Shown: positions 27,329 through 35,718 of the stretch, piece after piece
Layout of the letters: each line of letters opens with the position of its first letter
Position numbering within the stretch: position 1 is the first letter of the stretch
Assembly (NCBI GenBank): GCA_024400195.1
Contig: JAKSNC010000005.1
Location: 338-64,337, forward strand
Direction: 5' to 3'
Length of the DNA: 64,000 nt
Source of the DNA: Bacteroidales bacterium
Lineage (GTDB): Bacteria > Bacteroidota > Bacteroidia > Bacteroidales > F082
Translations under genes and position numbers: made by a program
The notes under the pieces: model-generated
The model's input: the letters and a program-made list of their open reading frames with translations, nothing else
Databases searched by the model: none
What the model was told of the DNA's origin: nothing

Positions 27329-28072
27329 ATGAAAGAGAATCTTGTAATAATACCGACATACAACGAAAAGGAAAACATAGAGAAGATAATTCGTTATGTC
27401 TTCAACCTGTCGATGCCGTTCGATATTCTAATCATCGAAGACGGCAGCCCCGACGGTACAGCTGATATAGTTAAACGTCTGATGCAGGAATTTCCAGATA
27501 AACTTCATATCATTGAGAGAAAAGGCAAGTTAGGACTTGGAACGGCTTATATCACAGGCTTTAAATGGGCCTTGGAACGCGAATATCAGTACATCACCGA
27601 GATGGATGCCGACTTCTCACATAATCCCGACGACCTCATCCGCCTGCATGACGCTTGCGCCAATGGTGCTGATGTAGCTGTCGGTTCACGCTATAAAACC
27701 GGCGTCAACGTGGTCAACTGGCCTATGGGGCGCGTCCTGATGTCGTATTACGGCTCAGCATACGTCCGCCTCATCACCAGAATGAAAGTGAGAGACACCA
27801 CTGCGGGTTTCGTGTGTTACACAAGAAAAGTCCTCGAGACAATGGACCTCGACCGCGTTAAGTTCAAGGGATACGCCTTCCAGATAGAGATGAAGTACTC
27901 GGCATGGAAACTTGGCTTTAAGATAGAGGAAGTGTCAATCGTCTTCACCGACCGCGTCGAAGGTACCTCCAAAATGTCGGGCGGCATATTCCGCGAAGCC
28001 ATCTTCGGCGTTATGAACCTACGCTGGAGAGGTATGATGGGAAAGATAAAACCGAGGCAGGCCGATAAGTGA
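27329..28072 (+). CDS. polyprenol-phosphate mannosyltransferase-like GT2 (Dpm1 family)
   Basis: The motifs IIPTYNEKENI, IIEDGSPDGT and EMDADFSHNP. First ATG at 27329; the track start at 27323 is a TTG. Confidence 0.8.
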   Translation: MKENLVIIPTYNEKENIEKIIRYVFNLSMPFDILIIEDGSPDGTADIVKRLMQEFPDKLHIIERKGKLGLGTAYITGFKWALEREYQYITEMDADFSHNPDDLIRLHDACANGADVAVGSRYKTGVNVVNWPMGRVLMSYYGSAYVRLITRMKVRDTTAGFVCYTRKVLETMDLDRVKFKGYAFQIEMKYSAWKLGFKIEEVSIVFTDRVEGTSKMSGGIFREAIFGVMNLRWRGMMGKIKPRQADK

Positions 28073-29424
28073 TGTATATCGTCAGAAATGCAAATATCGT
28101 CAACGAAGGGGAAGTCTTCAAAGGTACCGTCGTTGTGAACGGCGAGCGTATTGAAAAGATCGTCCGTGGAAATGATGATGACGTTTTCTCAGATTATACA
28201 GGTTGTCAGTGTATTGATGCTACGGATTGTTATCTCGTCCCCGGCGTTATTGATGAACATGTTCATTTCCGCGAGCCTGGTTTGACAGGTAAGGCCGACA
28301 TACAAAGTGAAAGCCGTGCGGCAGCGGCAGGAGGCGTTACGTCTTTTATGGAGATGCCTAACACCGAGCCTAATACGCTGACAATAAACTTGTTAGAAGA
28401 TAAGTTCAAGATTGCGGAAGAAAAATCACTGATAAATTTTTCTTTTTATCTTGGTGCCTCAAACGACAATATTGACGAGATTGCGAAAGTCGTTCCAGCT
28501 GATGTCTGCGGCATAAAGCTGTTTATGGGCTCAAGTACGGGTAATATGCTCGTTGACAATGATTTTTCACTCGCACGTATCTTTGCGGAATCGCCTTGTC
28601 TGATAGCTGCACATTGCGAAGACGAGTCAATAATCAGAAAAAACACGACGTTTTTTAAGGAAAAATACGGTAGCGGTGCGCCGGCTTTTATTCATCCGCT
28701 TGTCAGAGACGAAGAAGCTTGTTACAGGTCGTCGGCACACGCCGTGGAACTTGCCGACAAATATGGCACGCGGCTTCATGTGACACATATCTCTACGGAA
28801 AGGGAACTTGGTCTTTTTGATAACAGTAAATCGTTGAAAGACAAGAAGATAACAGCCGAGACGTGTGTTCATTATCTTCATTTTAGTGATGCAGATTATC
28901 AAAAACTCGGTTTTAGGATAAAATGTAATCCGGCCATTAAGACCGAGAGAGACCGTGAAGCACTAAGCGGAGGCGTGAAGTCGGGGCTCATCGATACCAT
29001 CGCCACCGATCATGCACCGCATAGGGTGGAGGAGAAGTTCGTCAGCGACTATTTCAAATGCCCGTCGGGATTCCCTTCCGTGCAGCATTCCCTTCTGCTG
29101 ATGCTGGAGATGTGCCGCAATAAAATATTTGATATAGAAACAGTTGTGACGAAAATGGCCCATAATCCGGCGATGTTGTACCAAATCAAAGACAGAGGCT
29201 TCATTAGGGAAGGATATTATGCCGATTTCGCCATCGTGAATCCCAAAAAAGAAATAGTCGTTTCAAAAGACAACATTTTGTACAAATGCGGATGGTCGCC
29301 ATACGAGGGAACGATTCTGCATAATACAGTGACTCATACGTTTGTAAACGGAAATCTTGTTTTTGCTGATGGTGTCTTTAATGAAAATGTCAAGGGTAAA
29401 AGATTGAAATTCAATAGGATATGA
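28069..29424 (+). CDS. pyrC: dihydroorotase (cyclic amidohydrolase family)
   Basis: The motifs VIDEHVHFREPG, the FMGSS region and ATDHAPH. The GTG at 28069 or ATG at 28072 overlaps the upstream stop. Confidence 0.75.
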   Translation: MMYIVRNANIVNEGEVFKGTVVVNGERIEKIVRGNDDDVFSDYTGCQCIDATDCYLVPGVIDEHVHFREPGLTGKADIQSESRAAAAGGVTSFMEMPNTEPNTLTINLLEDKFKIAEEKSLINFSFYLGASNDNIDEIAKVVPADVCGIKLFMGSSTGNMLVDNDFSLARIFAESPCLIAAHCEDESIIRKNTTFFKEKYGSGAPAFIHPLVRDEEACYRSSAHAVELADKYGTRLHVTHISTERELGLFDNSKSLKDKKITAETCVHYLHFSDADYQKLGFRIKCNPAIKTERDREALSGGVKSGLIDTIATDHAPHRVEEKFVSDYFKCPSGFPSVQHSLLLMLEMCRNKIFDIETVVTKMAHNPAMLYQIKDRGFIREGYYADFAIVNPKKEIVVSKDNILYKCGWSPYEGTILHNTVTHTFVNGNLVFADGVFNENVKGKRLKFNRI

Positions 29425-29912
29425 AATATTTGCGTTTTTATGTGATGATTGCCGCGGTTATGGCGGTTTTGTGTGTCGCATCGTGTGGCAGAGACCAAAA
29501 ACACATCAACGAATCGGTTGTTGTGGAACGTTATTCCGACAGTACGGCCTGTACGATATGGAAATACGACTCACTCGGCGTGGCTTTTTGGGAGATGCGT
29601 CTCCACGAAGGCGGCAAAGGCGTTATGGCGGAAGGTCCTTTGAAAAACGGAATGCGTGACGGACATTGGAAAGGCTATTTTCCTACAGGAGAACTTATGA
29701 GCGAAGGACGTTTTGTCAATGGAAAACGCGAGGGAGAAGGCAAAATCTATTTTAAAAGCGGAGTCGTGAGCCAAATCAATCATTATCACGAAGGAAAACC
29801 GTGCGGAATATGGACGTATTTCGCTGATGATGAGTCACATACCGTCGTTAATGTCCGCGATTATGACGCATTAAATGCCGAAAGAGCTAAGGTCAAAGAA
29901 GCGCAACAGTGA
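29421..29912 (+). CDS. MORN-repeat (YwqK-like) lipoprotein
   Basis: Lipobox CVASC. Repeats GPLKNGMRDGHWKGYFPTGEL / GRFVNGKREGEGKIYFKSG / YHEGKPCGIWTYF. Confidence 0.6.
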   Translation: MKYLRFYVMIAAVMAVLCVASCGRDQKHINESVVVERYSDSTACTIWKYDSLGVAFWEMRLHEGGKGVMAEGPLKNGMRDGHWKGYFPTGELMSEGRFVNGKREGEGKIYFKSGVVSQINHYHEGKPCGIWTYFADDESHTVVNVRDYDALNAERAKVKEAQQ

Positions 29913-30352
29913 TGTTTTCTGTTTTTTCTGATGAAAACTATATGAGGCGGGCTCTTGATGAGGCCGAGATTGCTGCATCGGAAGATGAAGTTCCAATCGG
30001 AGCTGTCGTCGTCTGCAATAACAAAATAATAGCGAAGGCTCATAATCAGACTGAGAGACTTCACGATGTGACGGCTCATGCCGAGATGCTCGCTATAACG
30101 GAAGCGTCCAATTATCTCGGAGCAAAATATCTTGATGACTGCACCATTTATGTCACTTTGGAACCGTGTGTGATGTGTGCCGGCGCGCTGGCTCATTCGC
30201 ATATAAAGAAAGTCGTCTGGGCTTGTGATGACGAGAAAAACGGATTCTCAAAACACGGAAACCTGCTTCACCCGAAGACGGAAATCGCAAAAGGCATCCT
30301 CGCCGACGAAGGCAAAATGATAATCAAGAAGTTTTTTGAAAAGAAACGGTGA
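29909..30352 (+). CDS. tadA: tRNA adenosine(34) deaminase
   Basis: The HAEMLAI and PCVMCAGAL zinc motifs. Confidence 0.9.
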   Translation: MMFSVFSDENYMRRALDEAEIAASEDEVPIGAVVVCNNKIIAKAHNQTERLHDVTAHAEMLAITEASNYLGAKYLDDCTIYVTLEPCVMCAGALAHSHIKKVVWACDDEKNGFSKHGNLLHPKTEIAKGILADEGKMIIKKFFEKKR

Positions 30353-30368
30353 CGAACCATTAGTTGCG

Positions 30369-30590
30369 AAATTCGTAATTCGTAATTCGTAATGTTTAAT
30401 TCGTAATTCGTAATTCGGAATTCGTAATGTTTTTAGACTTTAGACCGTTCAAAGGGTTAAGAGAGGTTAAGAAAGTAAAGAGAAGTTAAGAAGTTCAGAC
30501 GTTCTGAAGTCAAGAGGTCAAAATGTCAAAAGGTCAAGAGATCAAAAAGTCAAAAAAACGTGAAAATCAAAAATATTCTAACTTCTAAAA
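30369..30590 (+). repeat. modular intergenic repeat with conserved core
   Basis: ATTCGTAA units (about 7) at 30369-30428. Core AATGTTTTTAGACTTTAGACCGTTCAAAGGGTT at 30426-30458. GGTTAAGA-type units, then GTCAAAnn units, then TTCTAACTTCTAA. Confidence 0.9.
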
Positions 30591-30632
30591 TTTTTTTTTT
30601 CACTTTTTTGTCGCACGTAAAAAAAAAGTTCG

Positions 30633-30640
30633 TACCTTTG
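30633..30640 (+). promoter_or_regulatory. -7 box for tRNA-Gly/tRNA-Leu
   Basis: TACCTTTG 16 nt upstream of tRNA-Gly. A TTTG lies at 30607-30610, 22 nt upstream. Confidence 0.5.
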
Positions 30641-30656
30641 CATCGTCAAACGACAA

Positions 30657-30729
<73 letters not shown>

Positions 30730-30734
30730 CTTCG

Positions 30735-30760
30735 AAATCCCGATTAAGTTCGGGATTTTT
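30735..30760 (+). terminator. hairpin plus T-run between the two tRNAs
   Basis: AAATCCCGA-TTAAG-TCGGGATTT followed by TTT. May act as a terminator or a processing signal. Confidence 0.5.
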
Positions 30761-30790
30761 CGTATCGGAACGAAAGTCCCGAAACAGGAT

Positions 30791-30875
30791 GCCTGAGTGG
30801 CGGAATCGGTAGACGCGCCGGACTTAAAATCCTGTGCCCATTATGGGCGTGTCGGTTCGACCCCGACCTCAGGTA
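30791..30875 (+). tRNA. tRNA-Leu (anticodon UAA)
   Basis: Acceptor GCCTGAG/CTCAGGT (G1-U72), anticodon loop CTTAAAA, long variable arm TGTGCCCATTATGGGCGTG, T arm TCGG-TTCGACC-CCGA. Confidence 0.9.
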
Positions 30876-31328
30876 CTACTCCCTGTTTTTAGAATCAATG
30901 ATTATCGTCACCGGCCCGTCGTTGACAAGCGACACCTGCATGTCGGCCCCGAAAACACCATGTTCAACACGGCATCCAGATGTGTCGGCAAGACATCTCA
31001 GAAACATCTCATAAAGAGGCTCGGCCTTCTCCGGACGCGCCGCCCTGATGAAACTCGGACGGTTTCCTTTCTTCGTCATAGCGTGAAGCGTGAACTGACT
31101 TATCACAAGAAACGCGCCTCCGACTTGAACTATATCTAAGTTCATCGCACCATCGTCATCTGAAAAAATACGCATCTTGCTTAATTTTCCGCACAGCCAT
31201 TCAATATCGTCACTACAGTCTCCCTCTTCTATGCCTACCAAAACGACCATGCCGGTGCCGATGTTTCCAACCGACGTCCTCTCAATGCTGACCGATGCAG
31301 ACGTTACCCTTTGTGCTACAACTCTCAT
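30876..31328 (-). CDS. dtd: D-aminoacyl-tRNA deacylase
   Basis: MRVVAQRV start. The SQFTLHAMTKKGNRPSF motif. Its stop codon directly abuts the tRNA-Leu 3' end. Confidence 0.85.
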   Translation of the reverse strand: MRVVAQRVTSASVSIERTSVGNIGTGMVVLVGIEEGDCSDDIEWLCGKLSKMRIFSDDDGAMNLDIVQVGGAFLVISQFTLHAMTKKGNRPSFIRAARPEKAEPLYEMFLRCLADTSGCRVEHGVFGADMQVSLVNDGPVTIIIDSKNRE

Positions 31329-31407
31329 AAGTAAATGTTTTTTAAGAATTCCTTCAAAAAACGACAAAAGTGCTAATTTTTACCTTAATTTTTGTTTACA
31401 AAGACCA

Positions 31408-31415
31408 CAAAGATA
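31408..31415 (-). promoter_or_regulatory. -7 box for dtd
   Basis: TATCTTTG on the minus strand, 79 nt upstream of the ATG at 31328. Confidence 0.4.
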
Positions 31416-31448
31416 ACTCAATTTTGTCAGATGCACATAAAAAAACAT

Positions 31449-31456
31449 TATCTTTG
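31449..31456 (+). promoter_or_regulatory. -7 box for the alpha/beta hydrolase gene
   Basis: TATCTTTG 19 nt upstream of the ATG at 31476. Confidence 0.5.
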
Positions 31457-31475
31457 CAAACTTCTTATCAAGGAT

Positions 31476-32276
31476 ATGGTAAATCTCTTTTATCGGACAT
31501 ACGGAGAAAAGAAAAATCCGGTTATTTTAGTGCTTCACGGCGTGCTCGGCGTGTCGGACAACTGGGATAGTTTCGGAAAACGCTTCGCCGAACGAGGGTA
31601 CTTCGTCATAGTTCCCGATATGAGAAATCACGGACAATCGCCTCATACTGAAACCTTTAATTATAAGGTTATGGCAGAAGATGTTAAACATATTATTGAT
31701 ACTGAAGATATTAGAAAATGTGTGCTGATCGGTCATAGCCTCGGGGGTAAAGTGGCGATGAATCTCGCTTTCCTTTATCCTGAAATCGTTGACAAACTTA
31801 TCGTCCTCGATATAAGCCCGAGAGGTTTTGACGACCCGACCGAACATGTAGGATTTATTGCCTCGATGTCGAGAGTGGATCTGAAGAAAGTGCAGAGTCG
31901 TGCCGATGTAGAAGCAGAACTCGCCAAGGATAACTATGACAGACGCGTTGTGCTCTTCCTCCTCAAGAACCTCTCGTACAGCCACGAACACGGATACCGT
32001 TGGAAACCTAATCTGAAGTCTATCAACAATAATCTTCACGAAATCGGGCGCGGATTCGACCCTAAATACACATTTGACGGTGATATGCTTTTCATCAGGG
32101 GAGGCTTGTCTGACTATATCATGCCGGATGACTTCGAATGTATGCGCCACCATTTTCCAAATTACAAGATGATTACGCTGCCTGAGTCAGGACACTGGAT
32201 TCACGTCGATGACCCGGAAGGCTTCGAGAATGCAGTTGAAAAATTTCTGTCGGCGAATCATAAGGATGATAAATAA
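31476..32276 (+). CDS. alpha/beta hydrolase (YbfF-like esterase)
   Basis: The oxyanion motif VLHGVLG, the nucleophile elbow GHSLGG, and a C-terminal SGHWIH. Confidence 0.75.
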   Translation: MVNLFYRTYGEKKNPVILVLHGVLGVSDNWDSFGKRFAERGYFVIVPDMRNHGQSPHTETFNYKVMAEDVKHIIDTEDIRKCVLIGHSLGGKVAMNLAFLYPEIVDKLIVLDISPRGFDDPTEHVGFIASMSRVDLKKVQSRADVEAELAKDNYDRRVVLFLLKNLSYSHEHGYRWKPNLKSINNNLHEIGRGFDPKYTFDGDMLFIRGGLSDYIMPDDFECMRHHFPNYKMITLPESGHWIHVDDPEGFENAVEKFLSANHKDDK

Positions 32277-32296
32277 CTGAAAATAAAAAAATAACA

Positions 32297-33325
32297 ATGA
32301 TACCATCAAAAGAAAACGTATTGGAAATCCTTAAAAACGTGGTCTGTTTTCCGAAAGGCGACAATATAGTCAATCTTAATATGGTTGATGATATTCAAAC
32401 TGAAGAAGGACTGATAAGGTTTAACCTAATTGTTGACGACCCGAAGGATGAGAAAAATCGTTTCATGATAGAGGCGGCACGAAAATTTCTTGGTGAGGAA
32501 TATGGCGATGTGACCGTGGAAATCATGCCGATTCCAGCTCAAGACAACGTACTCGCGGAGGTGAAGCACATTATCTTGGTCGCTTCGGGAAAAGGCGGCG
32601 TCGGAAAATCGACGGTGGCGGTCAATCTCGCTGTCGGACTTGCCTCTCAGGGAATGAGCGTAGGCCTTCTTGATGCCGATATTTACGGTCCTTCGGTACC
32701 TGTTATGTTCGGAATAGAAGGCGTGCAGCCCGAAGCATACGAGAGAGACGGCAAGACGTTTATGGTACCTGTGACAAAATACGGCGTCAAGATAATGTCG
32801 ATAGGAAATATGGTCGGAGAAAATACACCGCTTATCTGGCGCGGACCAATGGCTTCGTCGGCACTGAACCAGCTTATGACGGAGACGGATTGGGGCGAAA
32901 TAGACTTTATGGTTGTGGATATGCCTCCGGGAACGGGAGATATTCAGCTCTGCCTCGCACAAAACTACCATGTTGACGGAGCCGTCATTGTGACGACACC
33001 TCAGAAAGTCGCCGCTGCCGATGTGCGCAGAGCCGCAATGATGTTTAAACACAAAGGCGTTGATGTGCCGGTACTCGGACTTGTGGAAAATATGGCATAT
33101 TTCACTCCTTCGGACATGCCGGATAAAAAATATTTTATTTTCGGACACGGAAACGGACAGAAATTCGCGGAAGAACTGGGCGTGAAACTGCTCGGTCAAA
33201 TCCCGATTGATGAAAACGTCGCATCAGCAGGTGATGAAGGCAAACCATTCCGATTTGGAAACTTCTCACCGGTGACCGTGGCTTTTGAAAAACTCGCCAA
33301 GACGATTATCGAAAATGTAGGATAA
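32297..33325 (+). CDS. apbC: Mrp/NBP35 family Fe-S cluster carrier ATPase
   Basis: The motifs ASGKGGVGKST and DMPPGTGD, with an N-terminal DUF59-like segment. Confidence 0.85.
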   Translation: MIPSKENVLEILKNVVCFPKGDNIVNLNMVDDIQTEEGLIRFNLIVDDPKDEKNRFMIEAARKFLGEEYGDVTVEIMPIPAQDNVLAEVKHIILVASGKGGVGKSTVAVNLAVGLASQGMSVGLLDADIYGPSVPVMFGIEGVQPEAYERDGKTFMVPVTKYGVKIMSIGNMVGENTPLIWRGPMASSALNQLMTETDWGEIDFMVVDMPPGTGDIQLCLAQNYHVDGAVIVTTPQKVAAADVRRAAMMFKHKGVDVPVLGLVENMAYFTPSDMPDKKYFIFGHGNGQKFAEELGVKLLGQIPIDENVASAGDEGKPFRFGNFSPVTVAFEKLAKTIIENVG

Positions 33326-33341
33326 AAATAATAATAAAATT

Positions 33342-33581
33342 ATGGATAAGTCGTTGATAGAGAAAAAAGTTATAAACGTCCTTGATCAAGTAAGACCATA
33401 TCTCGAAGCCGACGGTGGTGGAGTGGATTTCGTAGAACTCACCGACGATATGATTGTCAGGGTCAGATTGACTGGAGCCTGCGGAAACTGTCCTCATAGC
33501 ACCCAGACCTTGAAAAACGGCATCGAAAAGACAATGAAAAACATCATCCCCGAAATAAAAAGTGTCGAAAAAATAAATTAA
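33342..33581 (+). CDS. NifU-like (C-terminal domain) Fe-S protein
   Basis: The motifs LEADGGGVDFVE and GACGNCPHS. Confidence 0.8.
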   Translation: MDKSLIEKKVINVLDQVRPYLEADGGGVDFVELTDDMIVRVRLTGACGNCPHSTQTLKNGIEKTMKNIIPEIKSVEKIN

Positions 33582-33620
33582 TAACGTTCAAATAATCATT
33601 AATCAATTAATTAAAAGTAC

Positions 33621-35282
33621 ATGAAACACACCTTTACCCTTATTTCGCTTTTTGCGCTTCTCTTCGGAGCTGTCAGTATGAATGCGCAGGAAACTTACAC
33701 GAGAGTGGAATCGGAAGGAGACCTTGTCTCGGGTTCCAAAGTCATTCTCATCGGTTTTAATGAAGATGGTACTCCATACGCTATGGGATATCAGAAGAGC
33801 AACAACCGTCACGCTATCCCTGTTGACGAAAACGGTGGTGCTGCAACGACGATGGTTGCTTCTTCGGCTGACGATCAAAGTTCTGTCTTTGAATTTGAAA
33901 TCGGCGGTTCCAATGGAGCATGGACATTTTACGATGCATTGAACGACGGTTATCTTTATGCCGCTTCAAGTTCGTCGAACCAACTTAAGACGCAGAAAAA
34001 CCTTAATGAGAATGGAAAATGGGACATCACTTTCGCCGGTGACGGTGCCGCAACACCAGTCGCACAAGGTGCTAACGAACGCAACATCATGCGTTACAAC
34101 GAAAACAGCGGCTCGCCATTGTTTAGCGCATATCTTCCCACAGGAAGCGTTCAGGCCCCGGTTTATATCTATGCAATCGGTGGAGAACCCGTCATCGATC
34201 CGGAACCGAGCAACTATCCAGATGACTTCTATGCAACGGTCAATGTCAACAACATAACGCTTAACTGGATAGACCTCGGTGGCGAACAACTTCCCAAATA
34301 TTATCTGCTCGTCGGCAGCAAGGGAACTCCTTTCGTTCCGACAGACGGCACACAGTATGAAAATAATACGAACGCCGCAGCCGGCGACCTCGTCTATAAC
34401 GTCCTCTATGGTAACGAGACATTCACGTTCAACAACCTCGAGGCCAATACAACCTACAACTTCGCCATATTCCCGTACACCAACAGAGGTGAAGATTCAA
34501 ATTATAAGACCGACGGCACCTATCCTACGACAAGTGCAACAACGGAAGATGTTACAACAATTATTGCAGAAGACTTTGTCTCTGATCTCGGCGTGTTCAC
34601 AGCCTATAATATTGAAGGCGAACAAGTTTGGGGAACCGGTTCATATAATGGCACCACGTATGCTAAGATGAGCGGCTATGCCTCGCAAGCCAACCATGAA
34701 AACGAAGACTGGCTTGTCAGCCCGAATGTTGCCGGTAACTACGAGTCTATCGTCCTTAATTTCGACAACGCGAAAAACTTTGAAGGTGACGACATCGCGG
34801 TGGTTGTTTCAACAGACTACAGCGGCAGCGGCGACCCGACTAACAGTACTTGGTATGATATTACTGATGCCTGCAATCTTTCAGTCGGCGAATACGAGTT
34901 CGTCAATTCGGGCAATGTCGATCTTGCCGAATTTGTCAACGCGGGATTCAGCAAACTGTATTTCGCATTCGTCTATACTTCGACAGATAATGCTTCAGCG
35001 ACATGGGAAATCGCCAAGGTCCGCGTCTATGGCGGAGCACACGGTTTCGGTGTCGAAGAAAACGAGACAAACAGCATCATCGTCTATCCTAACCCGGCCA
35101 ACAGCGTCATCAGTATTGCCGCGGAAACTGACGGACAAGCTGAAATTATCGATATGAACGGCCGCGTCATCATGAATGTCAACGTCATAGCCGGCGAGAC
35201 ACAAGTCAATGTGTCAGACCTCAGCAACGGAATCTATTTCGTGAGAATCGGCTTGACAGTCTCAAGATTCGTTAAGAATTGA
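33621..35282 (+). CDS. T9SS-secreted protein with choice-of-anchor-J-like module and type A C-terminal sorting domain
   Basis: Signal peptide. The NHENEDWLVSP...FAFVYTSTDNASATWEIAKVRVYG module. C-terminus IVYPNPANSVISIAA...IIDMNGRVIM...VSDLSNGIYFVRI. Confidence 0.75.
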   Translation: MKHTFTLISLFALLFGAVSMNAQETYTRVESEGDLVSGSKVILIGFNEDGTPYAMGYQKSNNRHAIPVDENGGAATTMVASSADDQSSVFEFEIGGSNGAWTFYDALNDGYLYAASSSSNQLKTQKNLNENGKWDITFAGDGAATPVAQGANERNIMRYNENSGSPLFSAYLPTGSVQAPVYIYAIGGEPVIDPEPSNYPDDFYATVNVNNITLNWIDLGGEQLPKYYLLVGSKGTPFVPTDGTQYENNTNAAAGDLVYNVLYGNETFTFNNLEANTTYNFAIFPYTNRGEDSNYKTDGTYPTTSATTEDVTTIIAEDFVSDLGVFTAYNIEGEQVWGTGSYNGTTYAKMSGYASQANHENEDWLVSPNVAGNYESIVLNFDNAKNFEGDDIAVVVSTDYSGSGDPTNSTWYDITDACNLSVGEYEFVNSGNVDLAEFVNAGFSKLYFAFVYTSTDNASATWEIAKVRVYGGAHGFGVEENETNSIIVYPNPANSVISIAAETDGQAEIIDMNGRVIMNVNVIAGETQVNVSDLSNGIYFVRIGLTVSRFVKN

Positions 35283-35629
35283 TGAATCGAAGTTTTTTTA
35301 GATATTTTATCAAACGAAAGGGGAAGTTTCATCTGCATTCCCCTTTCGTTTATTCTTTCTATATGGAGGTGCTGAACGGACTCCCGCATGACTATGAAAA
35401 AGAACTGAAAATCAGAATAGACAAATTCGCCAGTACTCATCCCGTCTTGTTTTCCGACAACGACAATATATCGATAATCAACGGAATACACAAAGATAAA
35501 AATGCCGATAAGATGTGGAAGGATGTCGTGAAAAATCCCGACTACAGACTTACGATGGATTGTTACAGGTTCGGCATCGTCTTCACGATGAGCAGGATTG
35601 TGAAGCAGCATTTCGTATTGAAATGGTGA
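35282..35629 (+). CDS. short ORF resembling the N- and C-terminal ends of a class I SAM methyltransferase family, lacking the Rossmann core
   Basis: FHLHSPFVYSFYMEV at the N-terminus. IINGIHKDKNADKMWKDVVKNPDYRLTMDCYRFGIVF...QHFVLKW at the C-terminus. Its ATG overlaps the upstream stop (TGATG). Confidence 0.4.
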   Translation: MNRSFFRYFIKRKGKFHLHSPFVYSFYMEVLNGLPHDYEKELKIRIDKFASTHPVLFSDNDNISIINGIHKDKNADKMWKDVVKNPDYRLTMDCYRFGIVFTMSRIVKQHFVLKW

Positions 35630-35677
35630 GGTGGATAAAAATTCTAATGTCTGATTACCCGATCTTTAAAAAATCCT

Positions 35678-35685
35678 TAACTTTG
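35678..35685 (+). promoter_or_regulatory. -7 box for the aminotransferase gene
   Basis: TAACTTTG 33 nt upstream of the ATG at 35719. Confidence 0.5.
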
Positions 35686-35718
35686 TACCCTTAAAAGAAA
35701 AATTAAAAATACATTATA

